A stretch of 37,595 nucleotides of DNA, taken from positions 1-37,595 of the forward strand of contig JBDTOK010000002.1 in assembly GCA_039933275.1 (NCBI GenBank), written 5' to 3'. Source of the stretch: Chloroflexota bacterium (GTDB lineage: Bacteria; Chloroflexota; Dehalococcoidia; SM23-28-2; RBG-16-64-32). The stretch's first letter is position 1. Every line of letters begins with the position of its first letter. Shown here piece by piece: positions 8,477 through 17,001 of the stretch. Made by a program: the position numbers and the translations under genes. The notes under the pieces are model-generated. The model was not told the DNA's origin and searched no databases. It was given only the letters and a program-made list of their open reading frames with translations.

Positions 8477-9477
8477 CCGACACCGCGCTCATCCCCGAGG
8501 GCGTACACAAGATTCGTGTCCCGCTCACGGGCAGCCCGCTCGGCTGGGTAAACTCCTACGTCATCAACACGGACGAAGGGTACGCGCTCGTCGACGTCGG
8601 CTGGGACACGCCCGACTCACTCGAAGCGCTGCGCAAGGGCCTGGATGACCTGAACATCCCGCTCGAATCGATTCGGCGGCTGATCATCACGCACAACCAC
8701 CCCGACCACTACGGGCTTGCCGGGCGTCTTGTACAGCTGGCATCGTGCGGCGTCATGATGCACCGCCTCGACGCGGTGCACATCGAGAGCCGCTACGTAA
8801 ACATGACGCAGCTCGAAGCCGAGATGACGCAGTGGCTGCGCACGCACGGTGCACCGAAGGACGAGCTGCTCGACATGGTGAAGGGCTCCGAGATGATCCT
8901 GAACCGCGTGAACATCGTGAACCCCGACATTCAGGTGGACGGCGGTGAGCGCATAACCGGCGGCAAACTGGAGTGGGAGATCGTCTGGACGCCCGGGCAC
9001 TCCATCGGCCACATCTGCCTGTACGAGCGCACCACGAAGTCGTTCATGTCCGGCGACCACATCCTCAACCCGATCAGTCCTAGCATCGGCCTGCACGCGC
9101 AATCGATGGGCAACCCGCTCTCCGACTACCTCGCGTCCCTGCAGGCGATCCGCGACCGTGACGTCGAAGTCGTCCTCCCGGCGCACGGTGACGAGTTCCG
9201 CGGCTTCCGCGAGCGCATCGACCAGCTCGTCAGCCACCACGAGACCCGCCTCGACGAGATCTGCGAGATCGTCGCGCGCGAGGGCGATCAGTCCGCCTAC
9301 GACGTCGCTTCTAACATGCGCTGGCGGACCAACAACGCCTGGAAGGAGTGGCCGCCGTTCCAGCGCCGGATGGCCACCACCGAAGCGCTCGCCCACACGG
9401 AACTGCTCGTCTCCCGTGGCCGCCTGCGCCGCCAGATTGCCGACGGCGGCCTCGTCCGATACGCTTTGCCCCTGTGA
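8473..9477 (+). CDS. MBL-fold metallo-hydrolase with C-terminal winged helix
   Basis: THNHPDH, TPGHS, GDH, PAHG metal ligands. Confidence 0.92.
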   Translation: MTDTALIPEGVHKIRVPLTGSPLGWVNSYVINTDEGYALVDVGWDTPDSLEALRKGLDDLNIPLESIRRLIITHNHPDHYGLAGRLVQLASCGVMMHRLDAVHIESRYVNMTQLEAEMTQWLRTHGAPKDELLDMVKGSEMILNRVNIVNPDIQVDGGERITGGKLEWEIVWTPGHSIGHICLYERTTKSFMSGDHILNPISPSIGLHAQSMGNPLSDYLASLQAIRDRDVEVVLPAHGDEFRGFRERIDQLVSHHETRLDEICEIVAREGDQSAYDVASNMRWRTNNAWKEWPPFQRRMATTEALAHTELLVSRGRLRRQIADGGLVRYALPL

Positions 9478-10550
9478 CCATACCTAAAACCACCGGCGGC
9501 AACTTCTTCGAAGACTTCCAGCGCGGCGCCACCATACAGCACGCCGTCCCCCGCACGATCTGGGACGGCGACCTGGCGCTCTACATTGCCCTCACGGGCG
9601 ACCGCCGTCCGCTCAACTCTGACCGCGAGTTCGCCCAGTCCCTCGGCTTCGACCGCGAGCCCGTCCACGACTTGCTGGTCTTCCACATGGTCTTTGGCCG
9701 GGCGGTTCCCGACGTCTCGCTCAACTCGCCGGCCAACCTTGGCTACGCCGATGTCCGCTTCCTCCGCCCCGTCTACACCGGCGACACCCTCCGCGCTGAG
9801 ACCAAGGTCATCGGCAAGCGCGAGACCTCCCGCCCAGACGTCGGCATTGTCTGGGTGCACACGAAGGGCGTGAACCAGCACGACGAGACCGTCCTCCAGT
9901 TCTACCGTTGGGCGATGGTCAACAAGCGCGAGCCCGGCAAGCCCACCGGCGATGACGACGCCCCCGAACTGCCCGCGCAGGTGAGCACCGAAGACCTGTA
10001 CGTCCCACCGGAGCTAGATCTCAAGCGCTATGACACCGTTATCACCGCGCAGAAAGCGATGTGGGAGGACTATGAGCCGGGCGAGCGCATCATGCACCCG
10101 CAAGGTCTCACCGTCGAAGACGCGGAGCACCAGATGGCGACGCGCCTCTACCAGAACAACGCTCGCGTCCACTTCAACGACGTCCTGCAAAAGAAGTCGA
10201 AGCTGGGCAAGCGCATTATCTACGGCGGCCACATCATCTCGCTCTGCCACTCCATCAGCTACGACGGGCTCGAGAACGCGATCCGCGTCCTCGGCTTCAA
10301 CGCCGGCGCCCACGCCAACCCCACCGTCGCCGGGGACACGCTCTTCGCCTGGACCGAAGTGCTGGCACGCGTCGAACTTGGCCGCGCTGACGCGGGTGCC
10401 CTCCGTCTGCGGCTCGTCGGAGTCAAGAACATCGACCCGCGCGAGGAGGACGTCCCGCTGCGCATCAAGGGCGACGATGGCCGCGAGTCCTACAACCCGA
10501 ACGTCGTCCTTGACCTCGACTACACGGTGCTCATGCCGCGCAAGCGATAG
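9474..10550 (+). CDS. mch: Mesaconyl-CoA hydratase (beta-methylmalyl-CoA dehydratase), double hot-dog MaoC fold
   Basis: KTTGGNFFEDF...PRTI...FHMVFG..VPDVSLN..ANLGYA, EHQMATRLYQN, VLDLDY match Mch. GTG at 9474 overlaps the upstream TGA. Confidence 0.85.
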   Translation: MTIPKTTGGNFFEDFQRGATIQHAVPRTIWDGDLALYIALTGDRRPLNSDREFAQSLGFDREPVHDLLVFHMVFGRAVPDVSLNSPANLGYADVRFLRPVYTGDTLRAETKVIGKRETSRPDVGIVWVHTKGVNQHDETVLQFYRWAMVNKREPGKPTGDDDAPELPAQVSTEDLYVPPELDLKRYDTVITAQKAMWEDYEPGERIMHPQGLTVEDAEHQMATRLYQNNARVHFNDVLQKKSKLGKRIIYGGHIISLCHSISYDGLENAIRVLGFNAGAHANPTVAGDTLFAWTEVLARVELGRADAGALRLRLVGVKNIDPREEDVPLRIKGDDGRESYNPNVVLDLDYTVLMPRKR

Positions 10551-10553
10551 CCA

Positions 10554-11087
10554 ATGTTAAACGGCGAAACGATCACCGTCCGCCCCGTCACCGAAGCCGA
10601 CCTCACGCGCCTCTACGAGAGAAACATCGATCTAGAAAATCGGGGCGAGTTCTTCGGCCTCAACTTTCGCACGATGTCGGAGCTCAAGCGAGACTACGCG
10701 AAGCACGGGTTCTGGTCAGACGAATTCGGCATGCTGTTGATCTGCCCACGCGGTACGGACGAATTCATCGGCCAGGTCGTCTGGTTTCCGACCGTTCGCT
10801 ATATGGACGAGATCGAGGTCGGCTACATCATGTGGGACCAGTCCGCGCGCCGTCGCGGCGCCATGACCGAGGCGGTCAAGCTCTTCACGCGCTATCTGTT
10901 CGACACACGCATCCTGAATCGCATCCGCCTCTGCATCGCCAGCGGCAACATCGCCTCCCGACGCGTCGCTGAAAAAGCCGGCTACACGCACGAGCTAACG
11001 CAGCGCGGGTCCGATTTCCACCGCAACAAGCGCTTCGATATGGAGCTTTACGCATTCTTGCGCAGCGATCTCGCGAAAGCGCAGTAA
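10554..11087 (+). CDS. GNAT acetyltransferase, RimJ/RimL type (copy 1)
   Basis: EVGY...RRGAMTEAV...N..SRRVAEKAGY motifs. Confidence 0.9.
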   Translation: MLNGETITVRPVTEADLTRLYERNIDLENRGEFFGLNFRTMSELKRDYAKHGFWSDEFGMLLICPRGTDEFIGQVVWFPTVRYMDEIEVGYIMWDQSARRRGAMTEAVKLFTRYLFDTRILNRIRLCIASGNIASRRVAEKAGYTHELTQRGSDFHRNKRFDMELYAFLRSDLAKAQ

Positions 11088-11097
11088 CGGAGACATC

Positions 11098-11625
11098 ATG
11101 CTCAACGGAGAAGTCGTCACCCTTCGCCCAATCGTCGAAGAAGATCTCCCGCAGCTCTATGAGCACATCATCAACGTTGAGAACCGCGGCGAGTTCTACC
11201 CGCGCACGTTCCAGACGATGTCGTCGTTACGCAAGGAGCTTGCGGATACCGGCTTCTGGTCCAACGAATTTGGCATCCTTCTGCTCATCGACAACGAGTC
11301 CCGCAACATCGTTGGGCAGATCGTCTGGTTTAAGACCGTGCAGTACATGGACGAGCTAGAAATCGGCTACATCATGTACGACCAGTCGACACGCTCACGT
11401 GGCGGCATGACCGAAGCGCTCAAGCTGCTGACCCGCTATCTGTTCGACACGAAGCAGGTAAATCGCATCCGCCTCTGCATCGTGACTGAGAACGGACCAT
11501 CTCGCCGGGTCGCCGAAAAGGGGGGCTACACGCATGAGGGAACCCAGCGCGGATGCTTCTTTAACCGGGGCAAACACCACGATATGGAGCTTTACGCCTT
11601 CCTGCGGGCCGATTTATCCACATAA
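11098..11625 (+). CDS. GNAT acetyltransferase, RimJ/RimL type (copy 2)
   Basis: Collinear paralogue of 10554..11087; EIGY...RGGMTEAL...SRRVAEKGGYTHEG. Confidence 0.9.
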   Translation: MLNGEVVTLRPIVEEDLPQLYEHIINVENRGEFYPRTFQTMSSLRKELADTGFWSNEFGILLLIDNESRNIVGQIVWFKTVQYMDELEIGYIMYDQSTRSRGGMTEALKLLTRYLFDTKQVNRIRLCIVTENGPSRRVAEKGGYTHEGTQRGCFFNRGKHHDMELYAFLRADLST

Positions 11626-11698
11626 GCTGGTTGCCAATAACGGGTGGATTGCCCGATAGTCATCAGAGACACCCGCCGAGTCCACACAAAGGAGAACC

Positions 11699-11986
11699 AT
11701 GGCTACCAAAGACGCGAAGACCGAAAAGCCCGCCCGCAAGGCCAGCGCCGCATTCATGAAGCCCGTCACACCCAGCCCGGAGCTCGCCCTTATCGTTGGC
11801 GACAAGCCGATGCCGCGCACGGAAGTCACGAGCGCGCTTTGGAAGTACATCAAGGCGAACAATCTCCAGGACCCCGCTAACAAGCGCAACATTAACGCCG
11901 ACGAAAAACTGAAGGCGGTCTTCAACGGCAAGGCCACCGTCAACATGTTCGAGATGACCAAGCTCGTCTCCGCCCACCTGAGCTAA
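11699..11986 (+). CDS. SWIB/MDM2 domain protein
   Basis: PSPELA.IVG..PMPRTEV...LWKYIK.NNLQDP.NKR.INADEKL; AAGGAG RBS. Confidence 0.95.
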   Translation: MATKDAKTEKPARKASAAFMKPVTPSPELALIVGDKPMPRTEVTSALWKYIKANNLQDPANKRNINADEKLKAVFNGKATVNMFEMTKLVSAHLS

Positions 11987-12026
11987 AAGCAACGCCGCAC
12001 TCGCGGCTCAATCACCTCGCATCAAA

Positions 12027-12052
12027 GAGGGTCAGGCGAAAGCCTGACCCTC
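12027..12052. terminator. Hairpin/terminator between convergent genes
   Basis: Perfect 11-bp stem gagggtcaggc-GAAA-gcctgaccctc with a GNRA loop. Confidence 0.8.
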
Positions 12053-12076
12053 AATCATTTCTCCGAGTACTAGCAT

Positions 12077-12439
12077 TTAGTGCGATGTCCCTCGCTCACC
12101 GATCGCGATGTGGTGCCCGTCCGGATCGTGAATCACAAAGTCGCGATTCCCCCACGGCTGCGTCGTCAACTCCATGTCGATGCTCGCACCCGCCTCGCGC
12201 AACTGCGAGTACAACTCCTCGACGCCGGTCACGTACACGTAGCAACCACTCACCTGCGGCATCGCATTGTGAACCAGCGCGATCTCCGCGCCCTCACGCA
12301 CAACCAGCGCAAACTCCGGCGGCTCGCCCATCGTCGCTACGATCTCAAAGCCAAGCTTCTCGCGGTAGAACGCCGCTGTGCGCGCCACATCGCTCACCTG
12401 GAAGTTCGGCCGCGCGTTCAGAAAGTGGACCGTGGCCAC
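12077..12439 (-). CDS. VOC family protein (glyoxalase/bleomycin resistance)
   Basis: AFYREKLGF...QPWGNRDF...DPDGH. GTG at 12439 overlaps the upstream stop. Confidence 0.9.
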   Translation of the reverse strand: MATVHFLNARPNFQVSDVARTAAFYREKLGFEIVATMGEPPEFALVVREGAEIALVHNAMPQVSGCYVYVTGVEELYSQLREAGASIDMELTTQPWGNRDFVIHDPDGHHIAIGERGTSH

Positions 12440-13779
12440 TAGTTCTGCCAGCTGATGTCGAACACCCGCACCGGATCCTCGAATCCGCGCATCACATGCT
12501 CGCCGCGGTCCGCAAACAAGAAACCTTTGCCGCCGCACAATTCGCGTACTCCCAGCGACGAAAGTATCTCACCGCCCTGCGCCATCGCCGCGATGCGCGC
12601 GGCCATGATCACGGTCTCGCCGAACAGATCGCCGTCCTCTTCGATCGGCTCACCTGCGTTCAGCCCGACCCGGATCGTTAGCGGCTCCTCGGCGGACTCA
12701 TTCCGCTCCGCGAACGCCTTCTGCAGCGCAATCGCGCACTCGACGCCCTTCGTCACGGACGGAAACGAGGCCATGAACCCGTCGCCCATCGTCTTTACTT
12801 CGGATCCGCTGTGCTGCTTGAGCACATCGCGCGTGACCGTCTCATGCTCGCGCAGGACGGCTCGCCCCTTCTCGTCACCGAGGCGGCGCATCATCGCCGT
12901 GTGCCCGACGAGATCGGTGAAGAGAATCGTCTTGAATCCCGACGTTTGGTCCGCCGCGGGTCTTTTCTCGCGCGTCTCGTAACCCACGAATTCTGAAAGA
13001 GCGGCAAACGCCTTCTGGAATCCCTCAGGACCCATGATGTGAGCCCCGTTGAGTGAGACAAAGCGAGCCCCCTTGATGCCCGCGGCTATCTCCTGTCCCA
13101 ATTCGATCGGGACGATGCGATCCTCGTGCGTATGGATCACCAGGGTCGGTACATTAATCTGCGAGAGCAGTGGGCGCACGTCGATGCTAACGGCGGCTTC
13201 GATGATCCCGACTGCGTCTTGAGCGTTCGCGCAAGTCCGCTGATACGCCGCGAACGCCTCAATGCTCATGATCGAATTCTCCCCGACAAATAGCTCCGCC
13301 ATCACTTTCGACGCCATGCCCCACTCAGCCTTCGTGATCGCGATAACCGCGTCGCGCATCTGCGGCGTTCCCGCAAGCCCGGCGCCGTTCGCGAACGAAC
13401 CGAGGATGATCAGCTTTGTTACCTTCTCCGGGTGCCGCGCGGCGTAGGCAATCGCGATTGGCCCACCTTCGGAGTGTCCGCCGAGCGCGAACTTGTCGAT
13501 CCCAGCGTCCTCTACAACGGCCTCCACGTCACGCACCCGCGCTTCGAGTGAGAGATCGCTGATATTGCGTCCAGATAGTCCGCCCCCGCGCTTGTCCATC
13601 TGTATCCAAAGATGACGGGCGGAGTATTGGAGGATACCCATGCTTTCGGAGAGTTGGTGATCGATCTCCAGGTGGCTTATCCAGCCCGGGATCCAGACGA
13701 TGGGTGAACCTTCGCCCGCGATGGAATATGCAATGCGAGTCCCATCGAACGAGGTGCAGTATCTGACTTCGCGCTCCAT
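12439..13779 (-). CDS. Alpha/beta hydrolase fused to a class III adenylate/guanylate cyclase (LipJ-like architecture)
   Basis: GHSEGG nucleophile elbow; cyclase motifs LFTDLVG, VKTMGDG, GDLFG, AARI. Confidence 0.92.
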   Translation of the reverse strand: MEREVRYCTSFDGTRIAYSIAGEGSPIVWIPGWISHLEIDHQLSESMGILQYSARHLWIQMDKRGGGLSGRNISDLSLEARVRDVEAVVEDAGIDKFALGGHSEGGPIAIAYAARHPEKVTKLIILGSFANGAGLAGTPQMRDAVIAITKAEWGMASKVMAELFVGENSIMSIEAFAAYQRTCANAQDAVGIIEAAVSIDVRPLLSQINVPTLVIHTHEDRIVPIELGQEIAAGIKGARFVSLNGAHIMGPEGFQKAFAALSEFVGYETREKRPAADQTSGFKTILFTDLVGHTAMMRRLGDEKGRAVLREHETVTRDVLKQHSGSEVKTMGDGFMASFPSVTKGVECAIALQKAFAERNESAEEPLTIRVGLNAGEPIEEDGDLFGETVIMAARIAAMAQGGEILSSLGVRELCGGKGFLFADRGEHVMRGFEDPVRVFDISWQN

Positions 13780-13868
13780 ATCGGAGTCAGGATACCAGCG
13801 GGAGCGCCCGAACTACAGCAAACCGGGCAAGTCTCGCCCTGGTCCGCATCTGGTGGGTTAGAGCGGCG

Positions 13869-14105
13869 TTAACGCTCCAGCGTCTCTCCCGAGTACAGCT
13901 TTCGCACGATCACACCCTTCGCCGGCGCCGCCTGCACGCATAGCTCGCACAGCACGCACTCATCGAGGTTCGACTCAATGATTGTCGCATTGCCCTGCGC
14001 GTCCGTCCCGAAGATGTTCACCGGGCAGACCTCCACCAGCTTCTTCGCCAGCTCTTTGTCTTGCGCGGCCTGCGCCTGGATGTCTACTTCGATGAACATC
14101 GCCAT
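13869..14105 (-). CDS. Small 4Fe-4S ferredoxin
   Basis: VCP plus CVLCELC: four Cys, enough for one cluster; AGGAG RBS. Confidence 0.85.
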   Translation of the reverse strand: MAMFIEVDIQAQAAQDKELAKKLVEVCPVNIFGTDAQGNATIIESNLDECVLCELCVQAAPAKGVIVRKLYSGETLER

Positions 14106-14114
14106 GCTTCTCTC

Positions 14115-14516
14115 CTAGTGTCCGTTCGCCATCTGCCAGTGCTTCGCTGTATCGGTGACGTGCTGGTACTTCGTGACTTTGCCGGCCTTGTTGAATACCC
14201 AGAGGTGGCCCTCGTACGGGAAGCTGTACTTCTTACCCGTCTCCCGGTGCGTCGCCTCCATGTGAATCAGCACGAACACTTTGTCGCCGGTTTCGAAATA
14301 AGTCTCCGGATCAAACGTCGTGAACTCGATTGGCGCGAGCGACTCGAAGAACGCCGGCACTTCCGCCTTGCCGTGGCGCGGCTCGAACCAAGGGATACCT
14401 TGCGTCTGACTGTCCGTCTCCCACTCGACGTTGTCGTCGAGGTGTTCGAGGATGGCCGGCACATCGCCGCGCCCGAACGCGTCGTACATCTGCTTTACTG
14501 AATCGACGTTGCTCAT
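14115..14516 (-). CDS. SnoaL-like/NTF2 family protein
   Basis: YDAFGRGDVPAIL...DDNVEWE...HG..EV..FF; GGAGG RBS. Confidence 0.88.
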   Translation of the reverse strand: MSNVDSVKQMYDAFGRGDVPAILEHLDDNVEWETDSQTQGIPWFEPRHGKAEVPAFFESLAPIEFTTFDPETYFETGDKVFVLIHMEATHRETGKKYSFPYEGHLWVFNKAGKVTKYQHVTDTAKHWQMANGH

Positions 14517-14573
14517 TTCATTTCCTCCGTGATTGTGATGTCGCCCGTTATTCGGGGCGACCAACAACTCGGA

Positions 14574-15476
14574 TCACTTCTTCGCCAGCGCCTTTTTCAC
14601 AAGGTCGGGAATCTGCGAAATCTCCTCTGCTACGGCGATGCCGGCCTCGTTCAGGCGCAGCAGCTTCTCTTCCGCCGTGTCGGCCTTGCCTTCGACGATC
14701 GTCCCTGCGTGCCCGAAGCGCATGCCAGGCATCTTGTCCATGAACTTGCCAGCCATGAAGGCGATAATCGGCAGCCGCGAGTTGTTCTCCTTCACCCAGA
14801 GGGAGAGCTGCGCGTCCATCGGCCCGCCCGGCTCCGTGTAGATCACGATCGCGTCCGTCTCCTTGTCCGCTTCGAACAGCGGCATCAGCTCCGCGTACGT
14901 CGAGCCAATCATCGGGTCTCCGCCGATCGACACCGCTGTGCTCTGCCCGAGCCCGGCGGCCGTCAGCGAGTTCGATATCTCTGTAGTCATGCCGCCTGAG
15001 CGTGACATAACTCCGATGCGACCCGGCGAGTACGCCTGTCGAGTGTTCGCGGCCGGCCCGCCGATGCCGCCCATCTTGCCTTTGCCCGGCGTAATCATCC
15101 CTAGGCAGTTGGGCCCGATCACCCGCGTCCCGCGCTCCTTCGCAAACTCAAGAACCTGTGCCACCTCGTAGCGGGGCGTGCGCTCGGTGACGATGACCAG
15201 GATCTTCACCCCGGCCTCGATCGCCTCAAAGGCAGCGTCGCGCACGAACGGCGCCGGCACCGTAATCACCGACCCGTCGACGTGCTCTTTCTTCGTGATC
15301 TCGGCCACCGTGTCGTATACAGGCACGCCGTACACGTCGCGGCCGCCGCGTCCTGGCGTTACCCCGCCCACCACCTTCGAACCGTAGTCCAGGCACTCGC
15401 GTGTCATATTGACCGCTTCGCGCCCGGTGATGCCCTGGATGATGAACGTTGTGTTCTCGTCGATAAGTATGCTCAT
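14574..15476 (-). CDS. ADP-forming acyl-CoA ligase alpha subunit (SucD family; citryl-CoA synthetase small-subunit-like)
   Basis: IQGITG, GVTPG, IGPNC, IGGDP and FGHAG phospho-His motifs. ATG at 15476 overlaps the DUF1330 stop. Confidence 0.88.
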   Translation of the reverse strand: MSILIDENTTFIIQGITGREAVNMTRECLDYGSKVVGGVTPGRGGRDVYGVPVYDTVAEITKKEHVDGSVITVPAPFVRDAAFEAIEAGVKILVIVTERTPRYEVAQVLEFAKERGTRVIGPNCLGMITPGKGKMGGIGGPAANTRQAYSPGRIGVMSRSGGMTTEISNSLTAAGLGQSTAVSIGGDPMIGSTYAELMPLFEADKETDAIVIYTEPGGPMDAQLSLWVKENNSRLPIIAFMAGKFMDKMPGMRFGHAGTIVEGKADTAEEKLLRLNEAGIAVAEEISQIPDLVKKALAKK

Positions 15477-15781
15477 GCGTTGTCCCTCGGTGGCATCACC
15501 ATGCCCTCGACCATAAACAGATGGCCGGTCGTAGCGTTTTGTCGTATCGGCGCGATCGCCTGGTACGCCGGAGAGTCGTACCATTCGCGCGCTTTCTCCA
15601 GCGAAGCGAACTCGCCAACGATTGTGCGGAGGTGCGGAATCGAACCTTCGCGCACGACGGCGTCGTTCGCGGCCACAATCTTGCCGCCAAAGGGCTTCAG
15701 CGTCGGGAATATCTTAGATGCGTAGTCGTAGTAAGCATCGACGTCCTGCACGTCAAACTGCGCGATCACGTAAGCGCTCAC
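15473..15781 (-). CDS. DUF1330 family protein
   Basis: AYVI...Y...FGGKI...EG...EFASLEKAREWYDSPAYQ...R. Confidence 0.9.
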   Translation of the reverse strand: MSAYVIAQFDVQDVDAYYDYASKIFPTLKPFGGKIVAANDAVVREGSIPHLRTIVGEFASLEKAREWYDSPAYQAIAPIRQNATTGHLFMVEGMVMPPRDNA

Positions 15782-16986
15782 TTCGCGTTGATCTTTTCCA
15801 CGGCGCGCCGCGCCGCTTCAGACATCGAGACCGTCCGGTCGCAGTAGTCGACGCCATACTTCTCGAGCAGCTTGAACCCTTCGCCTTCCCATGAGCCGGG
15901 GATGCGGAACACCGCGATCTTCTCGGCCGGATCGAACCCCATCTCGATGACGCCCTTGACCACGCCGCGGGCGACGATATCCACGCGCGTGTTCGAGACG
16001 ACGTTCATGATCACCGCGATCTTGTCGACGCCCGGCTTGCTGAGGATGAGTTTCGTCAGCTCGCACGCCTTCAGCACGCTGGGGTTGCCGCCGATCTCGC
16101 AGTAGTTGGCCGGTCGGCCGCCGTACTTCTGGATCGCATCGAAAATCGTCAGCGAGCCACCGCCGGCGCCGATCACCAGCCCCAGGTTGCCGTCGAACTC
16201 GACGACCCGGCCGGCGACGCCACGGTGGTCCACCTGGTCGACCCGAGCGCCGCGCATCTCGAACTCTGTCGGGGGGCGCCCCTGTCGGGTCTCGTCTGCG
16301 CCGATGCCGAGGTCGTCCAGCACCGACATCTGGTGCCGCTCCCGCGCCTCTTCTTCCATATCGAGGTGGCAGTCCAGCACAACGAACGTGCCGTCCGTCA
16401 GCTTACCCAGTGGGTTGATCTCCGCCAGCGTCAGGTCGTACGCGAGGAACGTCTTCACGAGCCTCGACATAACTGCAGTCAGCTGATTGAGGTCGTTGCC
16501 GGTGATCCCGAGCGATGCAACCGCCAGCTTCGCCTTGTGGTCGGTGAACGGCAGGAGCGTCGAGAAATGCGCCTTCGCGATGTGCTCCGGGTGCGTCTCC
16601 GACACCTCTTCGATGTCGATGCCACCCATGTCGCTAATGATCATCAGAGGCTGCTTGGCGACAGCGTCAAACGTAACGCCCAGGTAATACTCCTGCGTCA
16701 CCGAGGCCTTCGCCTCAACAAGCACGTTCACCGGCAATTGGTCCTTTATCGGCAGCTTCATTATCTCGAGGCAGGCCCTTTCCGCTTCGTCCGGCGTGTC
16801 CGCAAACTTCACGCCGCCGGCCTTCATACGTCCGCCAGACAAAACCTGCGACTTGAGCACCACCGGCCCGCCAATACTATCGGCGATCCGCCGAGCGTCC
16901 TGCGGCTGCTCCGCCGTCCCGCCTGCGGGAAGCCGAACTCCCTGCATGGCGAGGAGCCGTTTTGCTTCGAATTCGTAAAATCTCAT
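15778..16986 (-). CDS. ADP-forming acyl-CoA ligase beta subunit (SucC/ATP-grasp family; citryl-CoA synthetase large-subunit-like)
   Basis: YEFEAK, KSQVLSGGRMKAGGVK, GGIDIEE, EINPL ATP-grasp motifs; divergent C-terminal ligase domain. Confidence 0.88.
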   Translation of the reverse strand: MRFYEFEAKRLLAMQGVRLPAGGTAEQPQDARRIADSIGGPVVLKSQVLSGGRMKAGGVKFADTPDEAERACLEIMKLPIKDQLPVNVLVEAKASVTQEYYLGVTFDAVAKQPLMIISDMGGIDIEEVSETHPEHIAKAHFSTLLPFTDHKAKLAVASLGITGNDLNQLTAVMSRLVKTFLAYDLTLAEINPLGKLTDGTFVVLDCHLDMEEEARERHQMSVLDDLGIGADETRQGRPPTEFEMRGARVDQVDHRGVAGRVVEFDGNLGLVIGAGGGSLTIFDAIQKYGGRPANYCEIGGNPSVLKACELTKLILSKPGVDKIAVIMNVVSNTRVDIVARGVVKGVIEMGFDPAEKIAVFRIPGSWEGEGFKLLEKYGVDYCDRTVSMSEAARRAVEKINAK

Positions 16987-17001
16987 CGTCGTCCGCTTTC
17001 G

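Noticed and set aside
7994-15781. Integron cassette array (GNAT, VOC, SnoaL, DUF1330 are typical cassette cargo)
   Set aside because: No integrase, no attC-like spacers, mixed orientation, and genes overlap directly.
14574-16986. Annotation as ordinary TCA-cycle sucCD
   Set aside because: Substrate-site motifs differ from SucCD and the operon partner is mcl. Kept as family-level only.
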